Source: Lama guanicoe
Taxonomy: Eukaryota
Direction of reading: 5' to 3'
NCBI GenBank assembly: GCA_013239625.1
Contig: MU055657.1
Span: forward strand, 17,158,969-17,222,968
Length of the DNA stretch: 64,000 bases
Positions within the stretch are counted from its first letter, which is position 1; each line of letters begins with the position of its first letter. Of the stretch, positions 50,109 through 62,520 are shown piece by piece. The notes under the pieces were generated by a model. It searched no databases and was not told the origin of the DNA. It saw only the letters and a list, made by a program, of their open reading frames with translations. Made by a program: the position numbers and the translations under genes.

Positions 50109-52550
50109 TTTTTCCTTTGAGGAAGTAAGTCAAATGTTTGGTATACAGGTTTATATATTATATATCTGGAAAGACAAATTCCTTTCAAATTCCTTCTAAC
50201 TGGCAGTTAAGGCTTTGAATATTGGGCTCTTTTAACTTGATTGATTACCTTTTGATCATGATAGGACACGATCAGGTCAATGACACTGTGCACTAGAGAA
50301 ACTAGAAGGATGTATGTCTGTACTAAACCCAGAACTTTTCATGTTATGAGAAATATATTCTTCCCTCCCTCATTTCTTCACCCACATGAAATGTCTATAT
50401 CCTTTACCTCATCCTCCACACTCTACTGTCCTTGATTCTCCTAACTTTAATTTCACTTCTTACCAACAGCATTAGCCTCCTAAGACGAGCAAACTGAGTA
50501 TATTTCAATTCTAATAAAGGCCTTGGTACTCATTCCCACTGGGAAAGATTGAGGAAGCTATTTCTTCATAAGAAAACCTCTTCAATTGCATTAATTGTCA
50601 CATTATGTTATGTCGGCATTTCCTACATAATTTATGAGTTTGTATGCCTTTGAAATTCTAAAAGCATCTAGGTCTATGACAAACTATGCCTGTCTTAGCC
50701 CTAGTTCCACTAGATCTCAATGTCTTATATAACCTCTGGATTAGATTCTTAAAGATAATGAACAAAAATAGGGAATATAGTAGGATGAACATTAAATAAT
50801 GGCTTTAATTTTAAATGTATCAAGATTGAGCTGTTTACGAGACATCTGTGTAGAGGGTGTCCCACAAGTACTTAGAGAGACGCAGTTAGAGCTCAGAAGA
50901 GAGAGAGAATGACAAGAAAAACATAAATCACAATATTCAGCCTAAAGATTTTGTCTCAAGCTAGAGGATTTACACGATTATCTAAAGCCTACATTTTGTA
51001 TTTTTTGAGAGTCCAGTAAGTAACGCTCCTTGTCCCTATTCAAATTATGAATAAATTGAGAAATAAAGAAGCAGATTCAGCAGACAAAGCACCAAGAGAT
51101 CATTTTTATGACTGATAAAGCTAGATTGGAAGACACAGCTTGATTAAAGTATTAAATAGGCCTGAGGTCTCCCTAATTATGCCAAAGTCTACACAGGATA
51201 CTCCATTCAAGGAAAATGTAGAGTCTGCAAAAGTATACCTCTACTTTTTCTGTTGATTTACTTTGAGGAAAAAGAAAAGAATGGACTGGATTCTCTGTGC
51301 CTAGGTGTATTCCTAAATTAGCTCATTTCAGAAATGTGGACCAACTGCTGTCATCCCTCCTCCCAATATGGTAGTTAACTCCTTTATATTACTTGGGAAA
51401 ATGGATGAGTCAGTAAACAAGCACCAAAACAGAAACTAAGGATAGACAGTATAGATTTTAGAACCAGAAATCTCTGTAATGGGTCAGAAGTATGACCCAA
51501 TTAAGTTATCAACTCCAAAATCACACATTACCCACGACTGAACTTTCCTCAAATTATTTGCAGTTAAATTGTCCAATACTGCTTATTATAAATTTTGCAA
51601 TGAAATCAAATGACATTATGACAAGTATTGAATTAAAAAAAATGACATTCACATAGCCATTGTATATATTAAGGCATTTCCTGGAGGAAAAATAAATGTC
51701 CAAAACCAACACTGTCTTCTAGGTTAAAAGTCAAAAATACTAAATGACAAATAGTTAAGCCTGACTTAAATCTACCTTGCATTTCCAAAAATTTGAAATC
51801 ATCCCAATATCTTATACAGATTACTTTTAGTTGGATAGATTTTCAAATTTAGGTAGAGTTAGAGAGTCATTCAATAGCTTTAGCCTTTTTGTTTCTCACC
51901 CAAAAGTTGTACTTCCTTTAGGAGCTCACAAATTAAATTAGTCTGGTGTCTTATCTTTTATTTCACTAGTATCAAATAGTTTAGAGTTGCAAGAACACAC
52001 AGTGTTGGCTCCTCAAAATCATTTAAATCAGCCTCTAAATCATTCATTCCAGGCAAAATTATATTCTCAGATTGTAGTGTTACAAAAGACCTATTCTTTT
52101 GATTTCTAACTGGAAACTGGCCAATTCTTTCCTGGGTCCATCTCTTTTGTGTAGCTGGCCAAAAGCAACCAACACAGCCTACACACAACACTAAGTCCCA
52201 GTTTTTTAACCAGTTCCCCCTAGAGCTTCCAGGTGTGTGATATGCATTCCCAGTTACTACAGGTCACAGTTTTACCTCTCACTGCCAACTCCTTTTATTT
52301 TAGCTTTATATTATGGCAGAAACCTCCTTTCGATTGCCATTCCTATTAAGTCACCCATAGGTTAAGAATAACATCAATAATCTATTATGCATTGAGATGG
52401 AGATGACTGTGAAAATTGAATAGGATGATCTTTGAGGAATCTGTGTTTTGGGTTTTTAAAAAAAATTATATAATTTAGAACTGTGTAATTAAAATATACA
52501 AGCTTCTTATTTCTACATCTTCTGGCAGAATTGGACGTTTTAACAGGTAA

Positions 52551-52593
52551 ATAAGGACCTATATCTGATAATAAGGATCTATCTCTGATAATA
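52551..52593. repeat. 20-bp tandem duplication
   Basis: 'ataaggacctatatctgata' / 'ataaggatctatctctgata'. Confidence 0.85.
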
Positions 52594-52599
52594 TTGTCA

Positions 52600-54450
52600 T
52601 TTTAAAGTCTATTTTACTTATTATTAGGTTACCTACGCCAACCTCCCTTTGGTTTGTATCAGTATTTTCTTGGTATAATTCTTCCCCAGCCTTTCACTGT
52701 TTAACCTTAGATATACTTACAATTTAAGTAGCTTTGCTATATCAGAGTAAAATTTTGGTTTTGAATTCAACTGACATCATTTTTCATTTCAAGAATTTAC
52801 TACATTTATATTGATTTACAAGTCTAATATTCTCCTTTGTGTTTTCTGTTTGTCCAGATCTTTCTAAGCCTCTTTTATCGTAGTAGATCCAAATAACAAA
52901 CTTCAGGAGGAGCTAATATTACTCTTAAACTGCAATTAAAAAGGGCAGGAACTGAGGCAAATCCTTGTTTCTCTATCTTAAAACCTTAGTGTTTAAGATT
53001 CCACATGTAAGTGTTACAAGGCATTTGGAGGTGGAGGGCTAGGACAGATGTTCGAGGGTACAAACTTGAAAAGACTAGTAAATAAGTCTTAGAGATATAA
53101 TGCCCAGTATAGTGAATATAGCCAACAATATTATATGAAAATCATCAAACTTGTTGAGACTAGAACTGAATTATTCCAACCACCAAAAAGAAATGATAAT
53201 TATGTAACATGATAGAGATGCTAATTATCACTATAAATGACAATTATATTACAATATAGAAATGTATCAAATTGATATGTTGTATAGCTTAAATTTGCAC
53301 AATGTTATATGTCAAACATATTTCAACTTTAAAATAATAGCGCTTTTTGCTCAGTGAATCACTGGTTTTAGATGGAAACATCTAGGCTACTTTTTAGCTC
53401 CGTTTTGGTAACAAAACTGTTTTGATATTATTTTGTTTTTACTTTTCCTATCATCTTTCATATGTCAAAAAGTTTTATTCTTTCTATTTTTTCCTTTAAT
53501 TAATTTGGAATTTATGTTTCTACTCTCTAATGATTCCTCTAGAAATTTGGATACCCATGTATTTAAAAGTCTAAATTTGATGCATATTTTATCTTACAAT
53601 TAGCATTTTATTCACTATATACTACTATTATTGTTCAGCACATTAGAGCTAATTTAATTTAGTTTAATTCTCTTATTTAGATGTTTATTGCCACATTTTA
53701 TGTATTCAATAATCAAATGTTGATGTAATTTTTTTGCATATTTATTACATCTCAGAGCTTTATTTGAAATTATATTTCTTCTTTGTGAATCATAAATTTA
53801 TGCTTTCTTTTAATGAGTAGCTTTTGGTAACAATCTTACTTTTTCACTAATTTCAAAATATCTTACTTTTACCCTTGTTTCTGTTTATTTGGATATTAAA
53901 CTGTAAATTGAAAGTGATTTTATCTACACAGATTCTTATCAAGTGTCTTTTGCTTTCTCTGTTGTTTTCATCAAGTTACCTATTAGTTTAATTGGTAATT
54001 TCCTTTCAGGTAATCTGTTCTTTCTTCCCAAGGGTTTATATGATCTCTTAATTATCTTAGGTGTTCAACAGGTTTACAAAGATTTATCTTGGAATTGACT
54101 TTTTTCTTTTTACTTGTTCTGCTTTTATTTGTTGTGCTTTCTGAATATGAGGATTGATCCTGTTTACCATTTGAGGAAAATTCTGTTATTAAGTCTTAAA
54201 ATCCTATCTCTCTTATTTTTTATTTTTGCATTATGGAATGGCAGCTAAATATATGTTGACATTTTCATTTATCCACCATCACCCCTATTCTTTTAATATA
54301 TTTTTGCTTTTTTTTTCTTCTAATGATCTATTTTCTACATAATACTCTTTCCAGCAGTGTCTATTTTGCTTTTAATAACTTGTTACACTGTTCATTTATA
54401 GTACTTTGTGGTTCTTTATTGATCAATTTTGGTAATCTCTTATTATTCTG
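52600..54450 (-). mobile_element. Very old L1M fragments (antisense), interrupted by a younger L1 3' end
   Basis: 'ccagcctttcactgtttaacc', 'tttacattta..ttgatt' and 'gctttctgaatatgaggattgat..ggaaaattct' (antisense ORF1-like). Confidence 0.5.
52991..53338 (+). mobile_element. L1 (L1MA/Art-type) 3' end with a short 5' inversion
   Basis: Sense 3'UTR 'agggtacaaacttg..aaataagtcttagagatataatg..gcttaaatttgcacaatgttatatgtcaa' preceded by antisense 'gtttaagattccacatgtaagtg'. Confidence 0.8.
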
Positions 54451-56614
54451 GCAAATTTTCGAACTCAACTGACAGGGTTGATTCAACTTTGTACTTGCTA
54501 TAATTTATGCTGGCTTGATTAGGATTGCTGAGAACTGAATTTCATAAAAACTTCCTGAACAGTAACTTTATTGCTCCATTTCATGCCCAGTCCTCAGCCC
54601 TTTGTACTCAACCATGCTCTTCCCTATTATTATAACATTTGAGACCGTTTGTTATGTTTCACAGAACCCCTCAGTAGTTTTCAGTGCCCTGCCTGCCACC
54701 TTCACCCCAGCTCTATCAACAGCTACTTTCCCAAGGCCTCAGTTTATAAAACTTTTACTGACCAAGAGAGAAGCATCATTAATGATGGATATTTTTCCTT
54801 AAGCGTTTGTTAATTTTTAATGGTGAATATTATTTTTCTTGTAACATTATTTTAAAAATAATTTGAGACGTGTTGTATGAAAGTGAATTATGCTAGAGGG
54901 TTTTGGTTTAGGTCGCTTCTGCCTGGTCTCTGTGTGATCCCACAACCTGAGACGTTAAACTAACTTTTTGAATTGGGATTTCTCAGGCATTACAGGAAAT
55001 GTGGATTCTGGCTTCCATCCCTTCCATAAATCATGACTTCTGGTTATTAACTCTCCAGGACTTTAGTACTTGTTTTCACAAGCTCTGCTCCATATAGAGC
55101 ACAAATTCAAACATACCAATCCCTTTTTCTGCAATTTTGCAGGATTAAGAAAAAATTTCTTTTGAAAATGTGACCCACTGGAGGTCCTGATTTTAGGTGT
55201 GAGTGACCATGTGACTCTCTTTATTGCTAGAATTTGTTCCTGTGACCCAGGTGGGGCCAAATGATAGACAGACTCCAGGTCTTCAAAGATTGGCAGCCAG
55301 CATGTTGTAGACTGTGTCTACTCTGCAACCTGTCTCACACTAATAAAAGAGCAAACAGTTTGTAAACTAATGTTTTATATCTATTTATCAGAATTTTTAG
55401 AGGGAGGTTGCTGAAGTTTTCTGTTTTCACATAGATACACAAATCCAGGACTGACTGAAATGAAGAAGTTATTTTCCTGTATCTGCCCAATGTCCTCATC
55501 CTTTTAAACCTAGGACGGGATTTTCCTAGGGATAAATGCTTTTTCCATTTAAATTAGATGCCAGAATTTTCTGACTAATGGTTCTGCTTAGGTGGTTTTC
55601 AAAGAAGGAAAAAAAGTTTTCAAAAAATTTCTTTATAATAATAAAGATATACTTCCTAAATTTACCTCTCTTGCTTTGTGTTTCGGTATTCTGAGATACA
55701 TTAAGATTAAACTATTTTAATGATCTCTTCTGTAGAAAAATGTAAAAAATCACAAAGTATAAAAAGTGATAAGCTAAATTTTAGTTATTTCTGATATACT
55801 ATGATTTCATCCCTTTGAACTTAAATTATCAGAGCTACAATATAACATATGTAACTATCTAGATTTGTTGGATTTTCTGCATTGAATCATTTTTATAATA
55901 TATTCTTTTCATAGGAAAGGTTTTTCAGATTCCAATGCCATCTCTTCTGCTGAAGTTTTGCTAATTTATGAAGATAAATAGAATTGTTTAACCACTATAT
56001 ATATAAAATACTGTGTCTGAATATATATAGTGATATATATATATATATCACAAATGCAAGTATTGAATGTATAAAGGCAATGCTTTTAGTTATGAAAATA
56101 TGAAAGAGACATTAAACAAAAGTCATGTTATTATACTACTTTTAACATATTTTACCAAGATCTTAATGCCTTTAAGCTAGTCAGAATGCTCATGGATAAT
56201 TCATAAATGGAGATTATATTGAAAAGAGTGTTTATTATTTTATTTTACCTTCAAGTCTCTAAACAATTAACTGGAGGAAATGTGTGCAATAAATATCTTA
56301 AATTAAACCTTATTGCCTCTATTAATAAAGATTTCATGCAAATTGACAAAAGAACTGTAATCCTTTATGAGAAAAACAAATAAAAAAATCACAGATCAAT
56401 TAAGCGTAAGAACAATGTTCAACATTAATAGTAACTGAATAAAGGCAAAATGTTAAAAAAATTAAGAATGTCCACCTACCAAATCTTAGACATTTTTAAT
56501 GAAACTATTCAAGGATAGCCAGGAAAACATTATCCTACATTTCAGGAAAAGATATAAATTGATTAAATATTTTTAATAAATTAGGCAGTTTCTATTCAAA
56601 ATTATTGATGATTT

Positions 56615-57182
56615 TGTTACCAAACCGGGTTCCTTTGCCTGACAAGCAGCAAGCCAAATGCTGAGATGACAAAGTTTGCCCAGAGGAAGACTTTATTCAT
56701 AAAGCAGCCCAAGAGAGGAAAGGGACACATTCACCTCCCTGAAAGCTAGGGGCTTGGGATATTTATGGGTGAAGAGTATAAGGTGGTTGGAAGTGCAGGG
56801 GAAGGTGACTGGAGGCAGGAAAAAGATAAGGTAAGGTAACCCCTGTTCTTTGAAGGCATATCTGAGTTATATGCTTCTTCATGGGATGCATGTTCTGAAA
56901 ATGGAAGCATTAATATGATCTGAGTGTGGAGTTTTAGCCTTCTAATGTCAAAAGATCATGCATCAGACAAGCAAGTCTATTCTGCATAGGCTCTAATCAA
57001 CCACTTTGGTTCCATACAGTTTCAGCAATTTTGATATGTTAAAGGGAGGAGTTTTTAACAAGCTGTTCCCTTGTCTGCTGCTCTGTAAGACAAACTTGAG
57101 AATTTCTGTCACTCATTAGGATCTGTTAACCCTATGGAGCATGGTTTGGGTATTTTTTTTAACCCTATGGGGCACAGTTTCA
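56615..57182 (-). mobile_element. ERV1 solo LTR inserted in old L1M
   Basis: 'tgttacc'...'cagtttca' with a perfect 4-bp TSD ATTT (56611-56614, 57183-57186). Antisense AATAAA ('tttatt') ~80 bp from the left end. Confidence 0.85.
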
Positions 57183-58419
57183 ATTTCACATATGTTGGCA
57201 TAATTAAAGGTTCATATAATAGTTTTTTACAATATCATTTTTAAATTAAACATTTAAAAACTATGAAACATCCAATAACATGATAAGCCTTAAATAAATC
57301 CATACATACACCTTTATTATGAGATATTATTGCTATTTTCATTAGGCATGCATGATTGTTGAGTAACAGTAATGGGCTGAAAAATTCATGGAAGATAGTA
57401 TTAAATGAATAAATTGGGATAAAAATGTATATGTTACAGGATTTAATTATATAATCATCACACACAAACATATATAACAAAGTAAGCCTGTGACAAAATA
57501 TAGCATTATAAGTCATTATGGCTATTTTTAGGTGAAGTGCTAAAAAATGCTCTTTTATTTTCCACAAATTTTTCTAACTTATTATCCAGAATGTGCTAAA
57601 AACATGGAACTAAGTAACTAATAATTCTTGTCTGTGTCATGTCAATGACCCTAGAATATTACCTTCTTTTTTCTACCACACTGAAAAAGTCTTTAAATTA
57701 TTAGGAAACATACTTAATTCATGGATCAAGATGGGTTTTTACTACAGATTGACTATGCACACTTAAAATGCATGCTTCTGTACAAAGATAATATGATATT
57801 AATGACCTCACATTAAGGCATAAGAGGAAGATAACTTATTCAGTAAGATAAATATTTATAAGATGCTTCATTTGTGTATGATACTGGATTGGAAACAACA
57901 GGTATATAAGCAGTCATATTTATCCAAGACATTATAACTAAGAATTGGGATGGTCCAAGTATAGGAATGAGCTTCCCACAGGAAAAAATTATATATAGGG
58001 CAAAGGTAAATACAGGCATTAAAGTAAAAGAGATGCTATGTCACATTGGTGAATTATAGATGGGACATATAATAATAAATGTAAACAATTTTTAAACAAT
58101 TTAATTACTTTCTATAGTATTTTAAACATGATTAAGTAGAGAAAAATTTAAAATTGTACAAATGTGACTAACAGATGCTCTTTATGGTACAGCTATGATT
58201 GAGCATCTATGTTGGATTTCTGACTTCTAAAATAACTTCCAACCATTAATTAATTATTTTAAAATCAAATTATGCCTAGTTAATCAACTAGTTTAAAAAG
58301 TCCCCTGCTTTACTCCTTCTACATATTATTCTTGCTCCTTAGAGATATTTTAAATTTATCTGTATCTTTTATTTAGTTTTCAGCTTATTTACATTCTATT
58401 TATATATTACATGTCACAA

Positions 58420-61400
58420 CTATTCACTGATTTTGTTTTTAAATTCACATCACATTTTTTGACTAATTACATGGAAATAAGTGATCTAACTTTTAAAAAA
58501 TCTACCCCCCCCACATCCATTTGCATACACTTGATATAATTTTATAATATTGTGAAATAGACCAATGGTTAGGATTTACTGTATTTGGAGGTTAAAAATA
58601 TAATCCATAGCTGAGCCATACTCTATTGATTATATCTCTTTTTTTTTGATAAACTACTTCTTATAGATAAATATTGTTTCTTTTATAAATGTATTTGATT
58701 GGCTTTTTTGTACTCATCAGTGATTTTTTTTTCCTCCAACTCCCTGCCAGAAGTGATAACACCTACTGAAATATTTTAATGCATAACGTAAATAAAAGTT
58801 ACACTTTGTGTGTGTGTATGTGTATGTGACCCTTCCCTCCTGGGCTTCCCTCACCCAGCTACCTAGCTGGCTGATATTTAGGTAGAGCTGATATTCTGAA
58901 ATGTACCTTGAGATTTCCTTTCTGTCTCACTTGTGCTTTATCTTCATGTTCCAAATCTTGCTTAATTCCCTCATTTTAGTGGAACTTATATCCAGTGACT
59001 TTCTGATAAAATGGGCCATAAAGGAAAATTTTTTGACACCCCAATGTCTGGAAAAGTCTTGTTCTCTGTGACTCTTCTACATATCTATTTCATACTTTAT
59101 TCTCTCCTCTTAAATTGCCCTATCCATTCTCTCAGATGATGATAACCTTGATTCATACATCACTAAGAAGATTGAAACAATCAGAAGAAAGCTTCAGGAG
59201 CTTTCTTTAATACCTCATCTATCTATCAACTTGAATCTCAGCTCACATAGAGTTCATGCTCTCCCGTTACTAAAGATGCATTGTCCTTGTTCCAAGCAAA
59301 AGCTACACTTTTCATAATTGCCTGATATATGCCCTGGACCACATTCCATCTCAAATTCTTGAAGATATTGCTCCATCAATTTTCCCATCTTTTTGTCATC
59401 ATCATCATTTTTTCTCTCTTTTCTGGACCATTTTCATCAGCATACAACCATGTATTATTTCTCCCAGCTAAAAGAAAAATTGCCCTGATCTCTCTCATCT
59501 TTCAACTACTATGCCATTTTTCTTCTCTTCTGTGCAGCAAAACATCTTTATATTATTTAAAAAGTTATTTATCTCAACCTATTCTCTCTTAAACCACCTC
59601 CAATCAGGTTTCTGCTCCTACCACTTCAAATTTACCATTTGATAAACTTCCTTTATCAAATTAACAATGATTTCTTGTTGTAAAATACAGTAGTCTTACT
59701 TAGGCCTTCTTTATTGGCTATCAGTGGCATTTGACATAGTGAATCAGACCCTCTTTCTGAAGCACTTTCTTCATTTGGCTTCTGTGACACTCTTCTCATC
59801 TAGTTTTCCTCCTGCCTCTCTGATTATTTCTTTAGCTGGTCAGTATCTTTAGCTGGTTCATCTCACCAAAATAAACATGTAGTTCTGGGCAGGACTTAAA
59901 TTATTTTCTCCCTCCATGCTTACTCCCTAGGCAATCTTACGTACTTTTCTCAGTGAGAAAAACTTTAACTACCTGTATGTGATGATGGGAAAATTGATGG
60001 AGCAGTATCTTTAAGAAATGATATGGAGTGGGGTCTAAAGTATATTAGGCAAATACAGAAAGTTTAGCTTTTGCTTTGAAGGAGGACATTGAATATTTTT
60101 TCTCTCTATGCTCACTTTCTATGCAATCCTTTAACTTCTGTATATATGATGGTAACTACCATGCACAGTAGTCATCATGCATGACGGCTGTAATCAAAAC
60201 TTCTCTTCTGCGTTCCATTTATGGAGTCTACATTTATGATGAACTTCTTGACATAACCTCTTCAATGATAAGCAGGTATTTCATATGTAAGATTTCTTAA
60301 ATGGTGATCGTGATGGCTCAGCAAGTATTTGCATCCTGTGATCTTTTCCATTCCACCAGAGGGCAATTCTATTATTTCAGTTCTTCAAGTTAAAAATCTT
60401 GGCATTATCCTTAACAGCTTTCTTGTTTTCATACTGTATCTAGTCCATCAGCAAATTCTAAAAGCTTTAACTTCAAAATATCCAGATTTCACCCATTTCT
60501 CCTCAATCACATTGCCACCACTCAGTGCAGGCCTCTTACCTGATATCTTGATTTTGCCCTTGCTGTATAGTATTTGTACTAAAGTTTATGTCTAGAACTG
60601 CTCAGACAATTCCGCTGTCTTTTCACTTCACTCAAAGTTTACCCAAAGTCTTCACTATGATCTTCAATATTGAACATAACCCCACTTCCACCCTTAGTTT
60701 TCTGATCCTTGCCTTAATCCTTTCTTCTCTTTTATGGCTTTAAGTACAATGACTTCTTCCTATTTCTTCAATATGCTATGTTGTATGTTCAGTACAATTT
60801 CCAGATTTTTGATCCCTATAGGATTCCTTGGAATACTTTTATCCAGGAAGTTCTATTTCTAGATTACTCTTCATTTCTTTCCTCAGAAACTCACTTTTAG
60901 GGAGACTCTATTTGTTGTCTTCAGCACTTATCAAGGTCTAAAATTCTCTATTTTTACTTATTTATTTTATTTGTCTCCACTATGAACATGTAAAGTACAT
61001 TAAAGAAGAATTTTTGTCTAATTTATAATATATTTTCTCCTTAGTACCTAGAATAATTCCTGTAGCATAACAGGTACTCAGAAATATGTGGAAAATAGAA
61101 TAAATGAGTGAGTAAATTAAACTGATAGGTTGCTTTATATATAATTATAGATTGGGAATAAGAATCATCAAAATTTTGAAGAAAGTGCTTCACTATCCTC
61201 TAACTTATGATATTAGTGTGATGAAGTAAATTGTGCCCCATCCCCCATTCTTTAGATGATGTAACAGACTTCTCCTAAAATTTGAATGATTTTAAGACTT
61301 TAATCCTAATGTTTTAACGTTTTCTATCAGGGAAGATTTTTCTTTGTTTATCCACTGCTTGCCACTTAGTAGTGGGCAATTTCAATCAAGAAACAAATTA

Positions 61401-62520
61401 TCTTTTAATTCTGGTAAGTAAAATGCAAGCCCTTGAAAGTGTCCTTCCTGTCATTTCCTCTACTCCTCGTTTCTGGAACTCTTAATAAGCATGGGTTTCA
61501 ACACTGGTTCTCTAATTTTCTTACCTCTTCTCTCCTATTTTCAGTTTCTTGGTCATTTTGTTCTCTAATATGATGTATTTTCTCAACTTTATGCACCAAG
61601 ACTTGATTTTTTTCGTTACTGTCATCATATTTTTTTAAATTATCAAAGATGTCTTTATGTGTTATCTGAATATTACTTTATATAGCCTTTAGAATAGATA
61701 GAATATCTTTGCTTTTTTAAAAGATACTGAGTATAAATTTTTTAAGATCTTTTCTACTCTGTACATTGTCCTTCATTGTGTTAATTAGTCTTTCATACTA
61801 GAAGATTTTCTGAATTGTCTAGTGATTCCTGGTTCTCTGTCCATAGACGATAGTTAAGAACTCCAAAGCCCACCAGAATCTCTGTGAGGGTAGGCAAGAC
61901 TTAGGATGGGAACATTTCTATATACTAACCTGGCTGGGCCCCTGACTAAAAATATCTGCAATTCGTTATCTCTGATTAATTCCCTAAAAGGAAATCCTTC
62001 ATTGTCCATTCTGTGCTCAAGGATGAGGGTGTCTAAACCTCCTAGGAGGAGCTGAGCACACAGATGCTGTGCTATCTCAACTTCCAATATGCTACTTTCC
62101 ACTCATCTTTGTTCCCAGCATGTGTTAATGACATCATCTGTGTTCAGTGCCTCCAACGTGAAGCCTGTTCAAACTCTCCAGAGAGTAAAGCTCCAGCCTG
62201 CATGCATTAAACAGGGACATTTTGGCTCCAGGTATATCCACACTTTCAAGGTTACCAGTGCCAGAATTCCTGTGGATTTCTGGATGCTGCCCTGCAGATA
62301 AGTTAGTTCCTAGGCATTTTTCCTGCCAGCTTAAGTCTCAGCTTCTTATTATCTCATAAATCTGTTTCTTCTTGTACATTTATCACCAACTTCCAGCATT
62401 TTATGTTGGAAGGAATTTTGTCTTCCCATCCCCTCCTCATCCCAGCTTTTAATCTTCTCTCTCTGACATTATTGGGATTTCAGGAGGCAGTATATAAAAC
62501 CTACATATTAATCAGCTACA
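58420..62520 (-). mobile_element. HAL1 (Half-L1)-like element split by an L2 insertion
   Basis: 'gtggaacttatatccagtgactttctgataaaatgggc..ttttttgacaccccaatgtctggaaaagtctt' (~58979-59060) continues at 61121 with 'actgataggttg..aaattttgaagaaagtgcttcactatcctctaactt', as in the recalled HAL1 antisense consensus. Confidence 0.6.
59070..61120 (+). mobile_element. ~2-kb L2 with intact 3' end
   Basis: 'ttcatacatcactaagaagattgaaacaatcagaagaaa', 'caatcaggtttctgctcctaccac', 'gcatttgacatagtgaatca' and the end 'agtacctagaataattcctgtagcataacaggtactcagaaatatgtgg..aataaatgagtgag'. Confidence 0.8.

Noticed and set aside
32963..52593. Short direct repeats as a CRISPR-like array
   Set aside because: They are isolated head-to-tail duplications without spacers, in eukaryotic DNA, with no cas genes.
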